A stretch of 64,000 nucleotides of DNA from Tubiluchus corallicola (Eukaryota; Animalia; Priapulida), in NCBI GenBank assembly GCA_030141605.1, contig JAQGDQ010000811.1:1-64000 (forward strand), in the 5' to 3' direction. Position 1 is the first letter of the stretch. The number at the start of each line of letters is the position of its first letter. Positions 1-12,214 of this stretch are shown here, piece after piece. Both the position numbers and the translations under genes were made by a program. The notes below the pieces were generated by a model that saw only the letters and a program-made list of their open reading frames with translations, was not told where the DNA came from and did no database searches.

Positions 1-489
1 TCATTGTTTATTTATTACTAAAAGTGAAGTTAAGAGAATGAAAGCCTGGCGTCACAAGTTTAAAATCCATTTTCAATTAGATTAGAGTCGCACTACTTCT
101 GGAAACATCATTTGTTTCTGCATTACGCTTATTCAATTAAGTTGTTATAAAATCATTTAAGATGTTTCAGTTAATGCGTTTTGACGTTTAGTTCATCAAC
201 AGTCTGCGATCGATGCTTACAGGCAGGTGAACAGGCTAGTTAAACAAATCCTGTAAATTATTTAGCAACTGACAGAACAATCTTCCCAAACATTTACACG
301 AATCAACATTCGAGTTGCTGCGCCAGTTCCCATTTCGTAGAAACAAACTTCGATAATTGGTTTTATTTCAAACCAATTTGCTAACCGGAAGTAATTATTG
401 AAGAGGTCTGGATTCAACCGTCCGTTTTATTTTTCGGGTTGGTCAGATGATCAAAAACGGTTGATATTCCACGTTTGAGCCATTCTATA

Positions 490-1270
490 TATCGGGTGGC
501 ACATAAATATGTGCCAAAATTCTGACCAGGATACTATGAGAACAAAATGACAGAATGAACTGAAAATAAGCACACTGATGTTACAGACACTTAAGCATAA
601 GCAGTAAAAAATTGGAATCTTTTCCCAAAAATTTGGTGTCGTTTTCAAAGATGCAGGAGCTTTAAAACAACAGGTAAAAAATCTAAGTGCCAGTAAAAAT
701 TTCGTGTCACTATTGTTCAAGTTTGAAGCAAGTGCTCTATGTGTCCACCATGTTCACTGCAAAATAGACGAAGGCATTCCTTCCAACAGCTGGCACGGTT
801 TCTTACTTCTTTAAGATGTGTTTGGTCCAAGCACTCAACAATTTTGCCATTAGTTCCTCTGCACCAAGCAGCTCTTTGCAACTATTGTACATTTTTCTCT
901 TTACAGGAATTCCAGCTACCATTTTTTTTTTACAACAAATCTTTAGCAGAGCTTTTTTCGTCTGGTGATGACCATAATGTATTTTATACGTCAGTAAACG
1001 TTGTTGGTTTTCAATTGATGATTACGTGACATTATTCTGGTATTTAATTTTTGACATGCAAAAAGTTTTTCGGTCGTGACATAAATACCTTGTAACTTTC
1101 ACAACCAAAAGGAAGTGTTCTGTTATATTACGCTGTGAAATTTCAATTTTGCAGAGCATTTGCTTCTAATATTGTTGTTGTCCAAACTTTGGCACATTTT
1201 TTTCGGCGCAATCCGATCGATACAAGTGGAACGTTTTTCTTGTATTTAAAATAATATTTGCCTATTTGTT
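490..1270 (-). mobile_element. Degraded Tc1/mariner-superfamily transposon remnant (transposase C-terminus + one TIR-like end)
   Basis: Minus-strand translation across one frameshift gives SWNSCKEKMY...EELMAK/IVECLDQTHLKEVRNRASCWKECLRLFCSEHGGHIEHLLQT* (stop 719-717). This resembles the 'W..LK.KVY...GGH(I/F)EHLL' end of Tc1/mariner-type transposases. TA-preceded TATCGGGTGGCACATAAATATGTGCC at ~490 looks like a terminal repeat. The boundary near 1270 is approximate. Confidence 0.6.
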
Positions 1271-1300
1271 ATTCAGATCAATAAACATTATTGAACAGTA

Positions 1301-1548
1301 TAATGAGGCCTCGCTTAACGACGCTACGGTGTTCCAGCAAAACGCGACGTTAAGCAAAATTGTCGTTAAACGAAACCAAAACTTCCATAGAAAGTAATGT
1401 AAATGAGTTGAGATACGTTCCAGAGGCAAAATTCAATCAAATAAGTTAAACTTTTTATTTTTTTCTGCTTGCTTAAAAGGTGTGAAATGTACATCGTCGT
1501 TAAAATGAAACGTCTGTAAACGGGGAGACGTTAAGCGAGGATTTACTG
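1301..1548. mobile_element. pogo/Tigger-like MITE
   Basis: Imperfect 20-bp TIRs (taatgaggCCTCGCTTAACG ... CGTTAAGCGAGGatttactg) flanked by TA on both sides (1299-1300, 1549-1550). Internal cgttaa-type repeats. Confidence 0.65.
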
Positions 1549-2344
1549 TATAGCGAAAAGATAAGATAAAGTTCCAAAATCTAGCTTAGTGAAAAGTTTC
1601 AAATTACAGGTATAATAACTCAGTATGAAAGGAAGAAACTCTCCACACATCCAGAAATATCTTATTGGATTCATACACGTGAACGATTTAGATACTGCTG
1701 TTCTTTTATATGAGAGATTATTTAGATCATTCGCTATTCGAAGAAAGCAGAAGTTAATCTGCTTTAGTTTTCCTAAACCAAATTGCAATTATTAATATCT
1801 AATGACAATTATAACAATTGCGTTTTACAGTATAGATATCTGCTCTTATAATTTCTGTGTGGTAGTTGGCAACAACGCGCCGAAAATTTACAAGTTTATT
1901 GTCCTAAAAATATGCAAAAGCAAACGTTTATTGTTATTATTTACAACCACAATATAAATAAAGTATAGCATGTGAAGCAAAAGTATTAAAAACATTGAGT
2001 CTATAGCTTGGATATTTTTATGATGTGAAAGTTTTGAAACTTACTGAATCATTTTTTGCCTGTTTACGTTGCAATGAATAAGCCTTTTCATAGTTTCGTT
2101 GTGCGCACGCGCTGTTGCTGTAGGTCAAAGGTTAAGTGCACCACAGCAACGCGTCTTACCTATAATCGTCGTGTGACATGTGGGTATGGCAAAGCATTAG
2201 AAATACTTACAGTAAGAATTGACTATACCTACCCAAGCTGACAAGTTTTACTACAAAATTACATTTAAATATATTAAATATATTACAGTTAAAATTATTA
2301 ATGTACGAATATTTAAGATTGACGCATCTCGTATCAGACAGAAA

Positions 2345-3560
2345 CTACTTAATGCGATTAGTATGAAATATAAAGTCATGTATACATTGGAATATTTTAC
2401 AGTTAGCAACATAGTTAAATTCATCTTTTCCAAACAATAACAACTTCAACAGATCATTAGTTCCTAAGGCAGCTATATTAAGGTTTTCGGGCAGAAGTAT
2501 TTCATTTAATTTATCATACATAACAACCCTAGTTTGTTGATACAATGGACAGTGCAACAAAAAGTGTTCAACAGACTCAAATCGAAATCCACAATTACAA
2601 TTCGGCAATATTGGATGACCATTATTATCTTTACGGCCTTTAGAGAAAATGCCATACTTTAGCTGAGAAAATCTGATTCTCATGCGTGTATGATGTGCCG
2701 AAATTGGGGGTTTACTAAATGAAACATGTTTCTTACGCAATGAAAAATTTAAATGAGTTTTGAGCTCTTGTTTGAACTGTAAAATGGATGAAATTTCACG
2801 ACTGTTCTGTGGTAAGTTGTTCCACATGCTAGTTGTCGATATGAAAAAGGATTTTTCACAGCTTACAAAACGGCAGTTAAAATTCCTGTATTTAGTACCA
2901 CTGCGCATGTAATAGGGGGTAACTTAGTTTACCTTTGGCGGCAGAATTAGACTTAAATAGTGGGGCGCTAAGTCATTGATTGTTTTGAAAAAAAGACATA
3001 GGCGATGATAATGGAAGCGCGTCACTAATTCAGTGAAGCCGCTGTCAGACAAGATACTTGCAGGGGAAGATCGAAACATAGCGCCAGAACAGATTCTAGC
3101 AGCAGTTAGCTGAATATTTTTTAATAAACGTATACTATTTTCACTGCATCCTGACCATACTACGTTGCCATATTCAAAAGCAGCTAGAATAGTCGTAATT
3201 AATAATCGTTCCCACGTAGCTCTGGGCATATTAACTGACAAACGTCGAAAGATGTTTAGCTTTAAATTTACTTTGTCTACAATTTTTGAGACGTGATAGT
3301 TCCAGTTCAAATTAGATGTAAGATGGATACCTAAGCGTTTGTGAGCATTTACTGGAGTATTAGATAAATACAGAGTAGGATATTGAGGAGCATTGGAGTT
3401 ACGGGAGAAAAGCATGACTTCGGTCTTATTTGGATCAAATTTAACCAACCAACGTTCGGCCCAGTTTTTTCAATTATTCTGAGATCTGCTTTTAAGAGAT
3501 TTGCTGATGTATGTGGATCATCCTTAAACGAGTCTATTAAAACCGTATCGTCTGCAAAAT
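2345..3560 (-). mobile_element. 5'-truncated, disrupted non-LTR retrotransposon ORF2 (CR1/L2-like LINE)
   Basis: Consecutive minus-strand ORFs 3349-3579, 2924-3448 and 2345-2908 carry the RT motif FADDT, 'KFDPNKTEVMLF', 'HKRLGIHLTSNLNWNYHV', 'EYGNVVW', 'WNNLP' and the C-terminal zinc knuckle CNCG..ESVEHFLLHCPLY. Confidence 0.85.
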
Positions 3561-4589
3561 TGGGAGAATTTTGACGCAAATTTTCCCAAAAATGGGGTTA
3601 TGTTCGCATGTAAAATTTGTGGAAGCACCATAGTTAGTAAATAATCTAGATGTGTGTGTGATAATCAAATCCAGTACAGAACGTACTAGTCACTCGCGTG
3701 GGATCGGTAATTAACTGTAACAATTGATTTTGTACAACAGAACTATTTAAAGGACAAGAAAAGAGGTACCTGAAATACGTCTCAGAAAAATCGCTTTAAA
3801 AATTATATTACTTTATAGCAATTTTATGCATATATCGTACTCGTGTTAAAAGGAATTTTTGTATGTTTTCATTTTAAATTTCCCGCAATACTGTTCTAAC
3901 GGCGCCATTACATGACGTCATATACGCACAACGCAAGTCAGGGGAAGAAAAGGCAATGTTAAACTATATCCAAAAAATTTCCACACAAAATTATATTACT
4001 TAGCATTTCGCTTACGTGTTGGAAAGACTTATGCAACTAGAAAAGAAAATTATTAATTATTTAAAATTCTTTCACCAATTGGTAAAATGTCGCTGACTCA
4101 CCCTCCATGGTGCACCACTCACTAACCAAATAACGTATTTTTAATCTTATTGACAAGATACAGTAATTTTAAATTTTATTTAGTTTGTGACGTGTGCGCT
4201 ACGAATGCTCTGATTATTTTTTCAAACTTTACACAATGTTATCTAAACTTGTATCAAATGACTTATCGTCAAAATGGCTGCACTTAATGGTCATCGCGGG
4301 AGTTTAAATTTACATTTTTTATACAGCGTTACTGCCGATAGAAGTACTGTATGTAAAAAGGTAGTATGTAAGTGATATAAAATTTCAAGACGAATTTTTT
4401 AAGCTTTATGTAAGTGGAGGGTTTTCTTGTGCTTTCGTAGGGCCAATTGGAATTTCGTTTAGCTCTGCCTAGTCCCAGGCTTGACATTTGGCGTTAGTCA
4501 CCAACAAATACAATGCTATACGGGTGCTTGGGTTGACAAGTTAGTATGTTATTATAAGATTCATCTAGCACTGCGATAAGTCGGCCTTC

Positions 4590-5100
4590 ATCTGCTGCAC
4601 CTGCCGCTAAGCATTGATACAGTAACTTCAGTTGTTTTACGTGGGCTTTACTTAATTATGCATTAGTCTGTGCGTAGAGTGATTTACTAGCAGGATCTTG
4701 CTTGGGAACAAGAAAAAATGAACTAGGTGAGGTTCTAGCTAGATGATAAAACATGTTACTATTACAATAGCATAGGCTGCGAGGCGTTGTCAAGTGTACA
4801 CAAATGCGTTGCTGGCACACTGTGTACCACAGCAGCGTGTCTTAACTACAACCGTCACGTGACATGTGGGTAAAGCAAAGCTGCCTGCTGCATCAGTTCA
4901 ACAAATTTGATTGTTTTACATAGACTTTACTTAATTATGCATTAGTCTATGCATAGAATGAATTTACTAGCAGGAATTTGCTTAGGAACAAGAAAAAATG
5001 AACTAGGTAAGGTTCTAGCTAGCTGTTAAGACTGTTACAGTTACAATACCTTGGGTTGCCAGGCATTGTCAAGTGTACACAAAAGCGTTGTTTGGTACAC
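4590..5100 (+). repeat. Diverged local tandem duplication (~290-bp spacing)
   Basis: 'ttacttaattatgcattagtct...gaacaagaaaaaatgaactagg...gtcaagtgtacacaaa' occurs at ~4650-4810 and ~4930-5090. 4820-4880 also resembles 2130-2195. Confidence 0.75.
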
Positions 5101-5527
5101 TTAACCTTTGACCTTTTCACGCTCGTCATCAATCGCTTGAAATGTGAAAAGGCTTATTGAACCTACATAATATTTATATTTTGACAGTTGACTGATAAAG
5201 GCTCTGATGAGGGGATACTACAAAAGTTGCTTTAACATTCAAATTTAAAAGTTGTTTTAATTTACGCTTGATACGTGACATTTAACGACAGTGTCAGGAA
5301 TATTAACTCGTGTTAATTCAACAAATGCGATTTTAGTGAAAAAATGACATTTTTTAACTCTGATTTTAACCTTCCCGTGAATAAAGGAGAAGGGCTTGTT
5401 GAGACGACGGCAAATAATTTATTTTAAACAGGAACTAAATGGCAGATGTGAGTACGACCACAGAGAACAACAACTGCTAAACGTTTGATATTTTTGTTGT
5501 AGATTGATAAACGAAGATAAGAGGATG

Positions 5528-5556
5528 TCATCGCACAACCGAATTGTATCTTTGAA
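5528..5556 (-). CDS. Candidate terminal coding exon of the neuropeptide precursor ((L)QRYNSVVR*)
   Basis: Acceptor ttaatatctctctcaag| is phase-compatible with the donor at 5765. AATAAA lies on the minus strand at 5423-5418. Alternatives (read-through of the previous exon, acceptor near 5218) cannot be excluded. Confidence 0.3.
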
Positions 5557-5765
5557 CTTGAGAGAGATATTAATTAATTGCAAAAAAACGTTCTTGAAAT
5601 TCATAAAATTTTCATAAATATTGTAAATAAAATAATCGTTAAAAAACTATTAGAATACCGATAATGTCGCAAATATTAGTCTAAATATTTTTTTGGGCAA
5701 AACATTATTGTAAGGTATAATTTTAAGTATGGTAGAATGAATGAAAATTGTGCGGAATTTCATAC

Positions 5766-5834
5766 GTTGTTTTTCATAAGCCAGGTTCTTCATCCATTTA
5801 AAACATGTCATAACATGTTTTTGTAAAATCTTCC
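5766..5834 (-). CDS. Putative second coding exon of the neuropeptide precursor ((R)KILQKHVMTCFKWMKNLAYEKQ)
   Basis: Acceptor ccctgtatttgtag| at 5835. It is open in exactly the phase (1) required by the donor at 13214, while the other two frames stop within 12 codons. Candidate donor C|gtatga at 5765. Confidence 0.55.
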
Positions 5835-5919
5835 CTACAAATACAGGGATTGTGAATAACTTTTTTCAAATAAATATTTATTATTATTGTTGTTGTTGTT
5901 GTTGTTATTGTTGTTGTTG

Positions 5920-5960
<41 letters not shown>

Positions 5961-6069
5961 GTTATTATTATAATTGTTATATAACTCTGATAGCTACATA
6001 AGTTTTGCAGCAAGTTTAAAATGCTGAAATTAACTACACCTACGTATCGTTCGCATCACGACAGTTTTG

Positions 6070-6388
<319 letters not shown>

Positions 6389-6815
6389 TGTAACGGCAAT
6401 ATGCATAACGACACCTATGTATTGGAAGGTGCTGCCCTCTACGAGTGAGGAGGAAAGGACAGGAGGGGAACAATGGTGGTCGTGTTTTTGATCACAGCAA
6501 TGTTTTTGTCATTATTGTGTTACATTTAATAACATCGTTTAGTCATAACCGAATTTTGTACCTTGAGAAATTTTAAATCTTGACGAAGAGCCAACGATGT
6601 GAGTTACATCAATTTAAATAATTTAATTAAGTTGTGAATTCAATCTCTCAAGTTTGAGAAAGTACTTTGCCAATAAGTTGACTTCTTTGTAATTACTGAG
6701 CTTCAGTTTATCATTTTATTCATTTTCTTACTTGTTAATGTTCTTTTTATTATTCTGTTTAGAATAAACGACTTTGGAGCATGAATCAAATAGTGAAGGC
6801 TTTCTGTTCACAACA
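6389..6815 (+). repeat. 5' LTR (427 bp)
   Basis: TG...CA termini, AATAAA at 6763-6768, direct repeat of 12215-12640. Confidence 0.97.
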
Positions 6816-7030
6816 GTTTATTATCGGCTCTTCCACCATGGCTGTAGTACACTTCAATATTCTATCATTATTTGCGAATAAATCTATTTGTTATGCCAGT
6901 GTTACGAGAAACAGTATTATAGTAGACGAGGAGGCCAGATACCAGAGAACCCGGTAGCATAATTTTGGACAATAGATCATTGCCTGAAAAGACAATAATC
7001 GTCAGTAAAAAGCTGTCTAAGCCTTGAAAA

Positions 7031-7467
7031 TTACTCTTCCAGCATTTTAATTTCAGCTTGTTCTTCCAATTCGCTCATTTTCATTTGATACAATCGCTGC
7101 TCCTTTTCTGCCTTTGCTCTTCTCTGATATTCACAAAGCTCAAGGTTTCTCATCTTTTCCATGATGGATGCCTTTGCTTGTAAAGCGGCTCTTTTTGCTG
7201 CTACCATGGCCCGTGCACTGGCAACACTGCTTACGCTTTTATAGCTGAGCTTTCCGCTACTCCCAGCAATGGAATGGTTGTCTTTACTATGTGACTGGTC
7301 GTGTTCATCCTGGATGGGTTTTAGACAAGAATTTATTTTTGCGTGCATTTCATTAACGTTTCCCATGACAAATTTATATCCGTCTCGCATCTTAGCAATC
7401 TCATCAGGGGTTCCATTACATTCCCTAACAGCTGCGTAACAATCTTCAAAGGAATTTTTGTAGTCTT
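7031..7467 (-). pseudogene. Inverted N-terminal BEL/Pao gag fragment
   Basis: The minus-strand frame is open from ~7467 to the stop at 7031 (EDYKNSFEDCYAAV...SVSSVASARAMVAAKRAALQAKASIMEKMRNLELCEYQRRAKAEKEQR). The Ser-rich + Ala/Lys coiled-coil segment is typical of the BEL gag N-terminus but is antisense to the rest of the element. Confidence 0.8.
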
Positions 7468-7497
7468 CCTAATGAGGCCTACGCAAAGGCGAAGAAG

Positions 7498-10437
7498 ATG
7501 CTTTATGAGCGGTTTGGGAATTCTTACAACATAGTTGAATCTTGGCTAACACAGATTAGAGAAACGAAGGCTGTTAAGGGCCGAGAAGAATTAATGCATT
7601 TTGCAGATGACTTGAGAATGGCTCAAGGAATACTGGGCAGTATTAACAAAAGAGAAGAAATAAATAACCAAACAAATCTTTTGTGTATACTTGAGAAACT
7701 CCCAATTTATCTCCAAACAAGGTGGAAGACAGAGGCATATAAAATTAGAATGAGCCAAGAAAGGAGTCCAACGATTGATGATGTAGTTCATTTTGTGGAA
7801 ACAGCAGCTTTAGAGGCAAATGATCCAGTTTTTGGGAATTTAGGATATATCGACCGAGAAAGAAAGGAAACCCAGAAACTCACAACAAGAAAGGATGCTA
7901 AAGCAAGTTACCAAACAAGTTTTTTATCTAAAATAGCAGGCGAATCGAAGAGATCTACGTGTAGCATTTGCACTGGTGAACACTTTATAACTGAATGTGC
8001 AGACTTTAATGCCATGAAGCCTGAAGAAAGACTGGAGCTAGCCAGAGAGAAGAGACTTTGCTTTAAATGTTTAAAGCCCAATCATAGCAGCTATGAGTGT
8101 CGTATGAGCAAAAGATGCAATGTCTGTCAAAGAAGCCATTCCACTTTCTTACACCTGAGTAAATTTAAGCAAGGCAGGCAGGATGATGAAGATAGCGATA
8201 TGAGAGAAGCTAGCAGCAAGTGTTCTGTCCAAAATGGTTATGTTGAAAGATATACAGTGCGCAAAAGGATTATTTTACCCGTTGTAAAGGTTCTTGTACA
8301 ATCTCAAAAACAAAGAATGCCACTCGAGACTCTGGCTTTCTTGGATTCAGGTAGCACAAATACATTTTGCACTGAGGAGCTAGCCGCTAAATTGGGCGTA
8401 GATGGAAAGGATGTTGCCTTATCACTGACTACTTTGGAAAGGGAAAATAGCGAATTTACAGCCAAGGTGGTGAGTTTGCAAGTGATGAGCATGGAAAAAG
8501 ATGAATGCATAACGCTTCCTGAAGTGTACACCAGACCTTCGCTAAGATTAAAGGGAGAAACTCTGCCAGAATTGAAAGACCTAAAAAAATGGCCACACTT
8601 GCAGGACATACCATTGACCTCTGGCGGTTTGGGAGAACCTGAAGTGGGGCTTTTGATTGGTCAGGATGTGCCTATCGCGATGATTCCATTAGAGGTCAGA
8701 ACAGGGCCACGAGGAGCTCCTTGGGCATCCAGGACTATACTAGGGTGGGCTCTTAATGGGCCAATAGGGTACACAAGCAGCAAAGCAATCATCAGTAACT
8801 ATGTCCAAGCCACTGCAGATCTTGACAGCATTGTCGCCCAGTTTTGGCAGATGGAAATGTGTGAAGACGAAAATCATTATTCCAAAGAAGATGTCAAGGT
8901 GATCAAATTGTGGGAGGATTCAGTAACCCTAACTGAGGATAATCACTATCAATTGCCCATACCATTCCGAAGTGAGAATCCTGAGCTTCCAAACAATTTA
9001 CCTGTGGTACAGTCTATGCTGCAGGGGCTCAAGAACAAGTTACAAAGGGACAATGTATTGCTAGAGAAGTATACTGCAGAAATCTCAAATATGCTGAATA
9101 AGGGTTATGCTGAGGAAATAAATGCCAAAGGTGTTAATGGAAGACCTGGAAAGATATGGTATTTGCCCCATTTTGCAGTCAGAAATACAAACAAACCAGA
9201 TAAAACGAGAATCGTCTTTAATTGTGCAGTTCAATTCGCAGGTACTACTCTAAATAGGAACGTTATGCAGGGTCCTGTTTTAACAAATAAACTGATCGGT
9301 GTTTTGCTTAGATTTAGAGAAAACCAAATAGCTTTGATGGCTGATATTGAATGCATGTTTCACCAAGTGAAGGTGCCTGCAGAGGATCGCGATGTCCTTA
9401 GATTTTTATGGTGGGAAAATGGTTGTTTAAACACGGAACCAAAGGTCTACAGAATGACTGTTCACACATTCGGTGGAATATGGTGTCCAAGTGTTGCAGC
9501 CTTTGCACTCCAAAGCGTTGCAAAGCATAACCGGCATTTGTATGATGAAAACATAATTCAGACACTGCTGAAAGACTTCTATGTTGACGATTGCCTAACC
9601 TCAACTGTAAATGAAGAGAAAGCCAAGCACATGCGTCAAAAACTGACTGATCTATTGGCTCGAGGTGGCTTTCGTTTAACTAAGTGGTGCAACAACAGTA
9701 GAAGTGTCCTTGAGTCCATCCCAGAAGAGGAGCGGGGCAAAGGTGTTAAGAATCTGGATCTAGAAGCACATACTTTGCCAGTAGAAAGGGCCTTAGGAAT
9801 TTTCTGGGACATGGAAATTGATCAGTTCAAAATCCATGTAAACCAAAGACAAAAACCATTGACTCGCCGTGGCCTACTAAGTGTGGTGTCATCAGTTTAT
9901 GATCCTGCAGGCATAATTTCTCCTTTTGTTCTCCGTGCCAAGCTTATGTTTCAGGAAGAAACCCGCCTAAGAAAGGCATGGGATGAACCCCTGGAAGAGC
10001 ACACTGCCAGAAAATGGAAAGTTTGGCAAGAAGAGCTTATGACACTGGAAAACATGAAGGTAGCTCGTTGCTTGAAACCAGAGCATTTTGGGACCGTAAA
10101 TAACACTCAATTGCATCATTTTAGTGATGCATCAGAAGTTGCCTTTGGAACAGTGTCCTACGTGCGATTCGAGAACAACGATGGAAAAGTACATGTCTCC
10201 TTCATCTTGGGCAAATCACGCTTGGCACCTATGAGGGGTATGACAATTCCCAGACTGGAGCTTTCTGCAGCCATGCTATCAGCTAGAGTAGATCACATGT
10301 TACGACAGGAATTTAACATGCACATTGATGAATCCATATTCTGGACGGACAGCTCAATAGTATTAGGCTACTTCAATAATGAAGTTGCAAGTATAAAACC
10401 TTTGTTGCCAATCGTTTGGCTGTCATTCAGGAACTAA
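7498..10437 (+). CDS. BEL/Pao polyprotein part 1 (C-terminal gag, protease, reverse transcriptase, RNase H)
   Basis: Three Cys/His knuckles (CSICTGEHFITEC, CFKCLKPNHSSYEC, CNVCQRSHSTFLH), protease AFLDSGST, RT FYVDDCL, RNase H LHHFSDAS / TIPRLELSAA / FWTDS. Gag-like sequence extends upstream to ~7468 (PNEAYAKAKK). The frame shifts at ~10384. Confidence 0.95.
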   Translation: MLYERFGNSYNIVESWLTQIRETKAVKGREELMHFADDLRMAQGILGSINKREEINNQTNLLCILEKLPIYLQTRWKTEAYKIRMSQERSPTIDDVVHFVETAALEANDPVFGNLGYIDRERKETQKLTTRKDAKASYQTSFLSKIAGESKRSTCSICTGEHFITECADFNAMKPEERLELAREKRLCFKCLKPNHSSYECRMSKRCNVCQRSHSTFLHLSKFKQGRQDDEDSDMREASSKCSVQNGYVERYTVRKRIILPVVKVLVQSQKQRMPLETLAFLDSGSTNTFCTEELAAKLGVDGKDVALSLTTLERENSEFTAKVVSLQVMSMEKDECITLPEVYTRPSLRLKGETLPELKDLKKWPHLQDIPLTSGGLGEPEVGLLIGQDVPIAMIPLEVRTGPRGAPWASRTILGWALNGPIGYTSSKAIISNYVQATADLDSIVAQFWQMEMCEDENHYSKEDVKVIKLWEDSVTLTEDNHYQLPIPFRSENPELPNNLPVVQSMLQGLKNKLQRDNVLLEKYTAEISNMLNKGYAEEINAKGVNGRPGKIWYLPHFAVRNTNKPDKTRIVFNCAVQFAGTTLNRNVMQGPVLTNKLIGVLLRFRENQIALMADIECMFHQVKVPAEDRDVLRFLWWENGCLNTEPKVYRMTVHTFGGIWCPSVAAFALQSVAKHNRHLYDENIIQTLLKDFYVDDCLTSTVNEEKAKHMRQKLTDLLARGGFRLTKWCNNSRSVLESIPEEERGKGVKNLDLEAHTLPVERALGIFWDMEIDQFKIHVNQRQKPLTRRGLLSVVSSVYDPAGIISPFVLRAKLMFQEETRLRKAWDEPLEEHTARKWKVWQEELMTLENMKVARCLKPEHFGTVNNTQLHHFSDASEVAFGTVSYVRFENNDGKVHVSFILGKSRLAPMRGMTIPRLELSAAMLSARVDHMLRQEFNMHIDESIFWTDSSIVLGYFNNEVASIKPLLPIVWLSFRN

Positions 10438-12158
10438 CTTCACCACAACAATGGCATCACCTACCAGGAGCAGACAATCCAGCAGATGATGCAACAAGGG
10501 GAATTGCAGCATTAGATCTGGTGAAAGAAAGCAGGTGGATAAATGGCCCCACATTTCTGAAAGGCAAGCGAGAGCAATGGCCAAAGATCGGTGATAGTAT
10601 CAAAGGCAAAGATGTCTCAGATGATTCTGAAATTAAGAAAAGTCCTATGGTGGTCTACACGTCTAAAGCAGTAGAAAAGGATGATAATGTCATCGACATG
10701 TTGTGTGAGCATTATTCAAATCTGCATCGGCTAAAAAGATGTGTAGCTTATCTCCTACGTCTGAAACGATTGTTGAGAGACAAAGTACTTAAGAGGGTCC
10801 GTACTATGTCAAAGCACACTGCCCTTTCTTTGAAGGAACTAATGGAGGCTGAGGAAGAAATCATTAGACATGTGCAGTACATACACTTCAAAGAAGAGCT
10901 CACGGGACAGAATGTACTCAAAACCAGTCATTTGTATCAATTGGACCCTCAGAAATCAGATAAAGGCATATTGGTAGTTGGAGGCAGACTAGCCAAAGCT
11001 CCTTTAGCTAAACAAGCTAAGCACCCAATAATACTGCCAAAAGACCATGTTTTTTCTCGCCTAGTTGTCCGACAATACCATGAGGAAAACTGCCATGCTG
11101 GATGCAATTACACTATGTCTGTAGTCAGAGGCAAGTTTTGGATCATTGGACTGAGAACTATCGCAAGAAAGGTTATAAAGGACTGTCGCAGGTGCAGACA
11201 TTTGTATGCACCCACGCTGGGCCAAAAGATGGCTGACTTACCCAGCGATAGGGTTTCAAGAGATTCAGTATTCTCCTCAGTGGGGGTAGATTGTTTTGGG
11301 CCCTTTTGGGTAAAGAGAGGGCGCACATCTGCTAAGAGATATGGATGTTTATTTACGTGCATGGCAGTACGATCTATTCATCTAGAAGTTCTTTTTGACA
11401 TGACCACTGATAGCTTTGTTAATGCCCTCTTCCGATTTATTAGCAGGAGGGGAAAGCCAAATGTGATCAGGTCGGACCATGGGACAAACATAGTTGGAGC
11501 AGACAGGGAGCTTCAAAAAGCTATGTTAGGCTGGAACCATCAGAACATCACTAGTCAGCTACATCAACGTAACATAGAGTGGGAGTACAATCCACCAGCT
11601 GCTTCACACATGGGAGGTTGTTGGGAAAGGATGATAAGATCAGTCAGAAGGATATTGGTCCACCTTTTAGATGGACAGACCCTTGATGATGAAGGATTAT
11701 CCACTGTATTCTGTTTAACGGAGGCAATAATTAATGGAAGGCCGTTAACTCCGATTTCAGATGATCCAAAGGATGCAGAACCATTGACACCAAATCATCT
11801 GCTTTTAGCTCACAATGCTGCCTCACTGCCACAAGGAGTGTTTTCTGAGTCTGATCGTTACAGACGCAAGTGGCGACACATTCAACACTTAGTGAATGTC
11901 TTTTGGAGCAGATGGACCAGAGAGTACTTGTCATCCTTACAGCAACGGAACAAGTGGACTGTGCCAAAAAGAAATCTCAAAATCAATGATGTGGTGCTTG
12001 TGAAGGAGACCACACCCAGAAATCTGTGGCCACTGGGAAAGGTAGAGCAAGTTCATGTAGGCGAAGACGGGTTAGTGAGAAGTGCTACACTTAAAGTGAA
12101 AGCTGGATTTTTAGAGCGCCCCATTCACAAGCTCTGTCTTCTAGAGGGTGCCGACTAA
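10416..12158 (+). CDS. BEL/Pao polyprotein part 2 (end of RNase H, integrase)
   Basis: NPADDATRG; HHCC finger (HEENCH...CRRC); catalytic-core motifs VDCFGP, SDHGTN, GGCWERMIRSVR; C-terminal RPIHKLCLLE. Confidence 0.95.
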   Translation: MAVIQELTSPQQWHHLPGADNPADDATRGIAALDLVKESRWINGPTFLKGKREQWPKIGDSIKGKDVSDDSEIKKSPMVVYTSKAVEKDDNVIDMLCEHYSNLHRLKRCVAYLLRLKRLLRDKVLKRVRTMSKHTALSLKELMEAEEEIIRHVQYIHFKEELTGQNVLKTSHLYQLDPQKSDKGILVVGGRLAKAPLAKQAKHPIILPKDHVFSRLVVRQYHEENCHAGCNYTMSVVRGKFWIIGLRTIARKVIKDCRRCRHLYAPTLGQKMADLPSDRVSRDSVFSSVGVDCFGPFWVKRGRTSAKRYGCLFTCMAVRSIHLEVLFDMTTDSFVNALFRFISRRGKPNVIRSDHGTNIVGADRELQKAMLGWNHQNITSQLHQRNIEWEYNPPAASHMGGCWERMIRSVRRILVHLLDGQTLDDEGLSTVFCLTEAIINGRPLTPISDDPKDAEPLTPNHLLLAHNAASLPQGVFSESDRYRRKWRHIQHLVNVFWSRWTREYLSSLQQRNKWTVPKRNLKINDVVLVKETTPRNLWPLGKVEQVHVGEDGLVRSATLKVKAGFLERPIHKLCLLEGAD

Positions 12159-12214
12159 CTGCTTACTGGAAATTTTGGTAAAATGCTTTGTGAGTTCGCA
12201 TTTTAGAGGGGGAG

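Noticed and set aside
6816-6840. Canonical TGG primer-binding site after the 5' LTR
   Set aside because: The sequence starts gtttattatcgg. I cannot match it to a tRNA 3' end by eye, so no PBS is called.
7031-7390. Independent host or captured gene on the minus strand inside the retrotransposon
   Set aside because: Its composition and motifs match the BEL gag N-terminus, which is exactly what the sense ORF lacks.
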